Assembly: GCA_002269645.1 (NCBI GenBank)
Contig: NIVC01001368.1
Coordinates: forward strand, 62,001-126,000
DNA length: 64,000 bases
From: Macrostomum lignano
Lineage: Eukaryota
Direction: 5' to 3'
This document shows, in pieces, positions 63,652-64,000 of the stretch (the first letter of the stretch is position 1; each line of letters opens with the position of its first letter). Made by a program: the position numbers and the translations under genes. The notes beneath the pieces were generated by a model. That model made no database searches. It was given only the letters and a program-made list of their open reading frames with translations, and was not told the DNA's origin.

Positions 63652-64000
63652 CAAACTCAGCCAGCCCATATCAACAGTGCGATTTTTTACGTAAGCCAGT
63701 CAAGTTTTACCATAGACACGCTTCTTAAGGCCATGCTATCTCAGCCTGGGACATGCAATCTCAGCCACTTTTCAGATTCTTACTGACTTTTCTTGCTGCG
63801 TTCATTCATTGCTGTTTGTTGCCATTTCATGTCACGTTATAGAAATGATAGCATTGAGATCTGTTTGCAATTGAAATCTATATTGGCTGAGATTGCATGT
63901 CCCAGGCTGAGACAGCATGGCCCCAAGAAGCATGTCTATGGTAAAACTCGACTAGCTCGAGCCAAAAAACGCATTGCTGAGTTGGGGCTGGCTGAGTTTG
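63652..64000. mobile_element. Foldback/MITE-like long inverted repeat (runs off the window end)
   Basis: Arm 63652-63767 is the reverse complement of 63884-64000 (e.g. AGTTTTACCATAGACA(C/T)GCTTCTT..GGCCATGCT.TCTCAGCCTGGGACATGCAATCTCAGCCA), with a ~116-bp spacer. Confidence 0.85.

Overview
Eukaryotic (animal) genomic DNA. GC3-rich, GT-AG intron-containing genes, minisatellite-filled introns and TTAGGG repeats resemble the free-living flatworm Macrostomum (inference only). From left to right: two secreted His/Asp-rich repeat-protein paralogs (+ strand) flank decayed LINE pieces and a ~3.9-kb TIR-bounded element. Nine consecutive minus-strand genes follow (GST, Rab7-like, RAB7, RANGAP1, JARID2-N-terminal-like, MIF, CCT6, METAP2, KAT6), spread over 8.5-42.6 kb like a trans-spliced operon and interrupted by a 4.85-kb 28-bp satellite and an interstitial telomere tract. 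Next come a hAT transposase pseudogene and a ~9-kb transposon graveyard (DIRS/Ngaro relic, hAT MITE with perfect 8-bp TSD) with a RIP-like CpG/CpA->TpA mutation signature. A plus-strand, multi-exon, cytokine-receptor (gp130/Domeless)-like membrane protein gene and a foldback element close the window. Most notable: RIP-like hypermutated patches, a short JARID2-like ORF lacking JmjC/ARID, the cytokine-receptor-like gene, and minisatellites that tandemly amplify real splice donors. All calls were made by eye with no database searches, and copy numbers are approximate.
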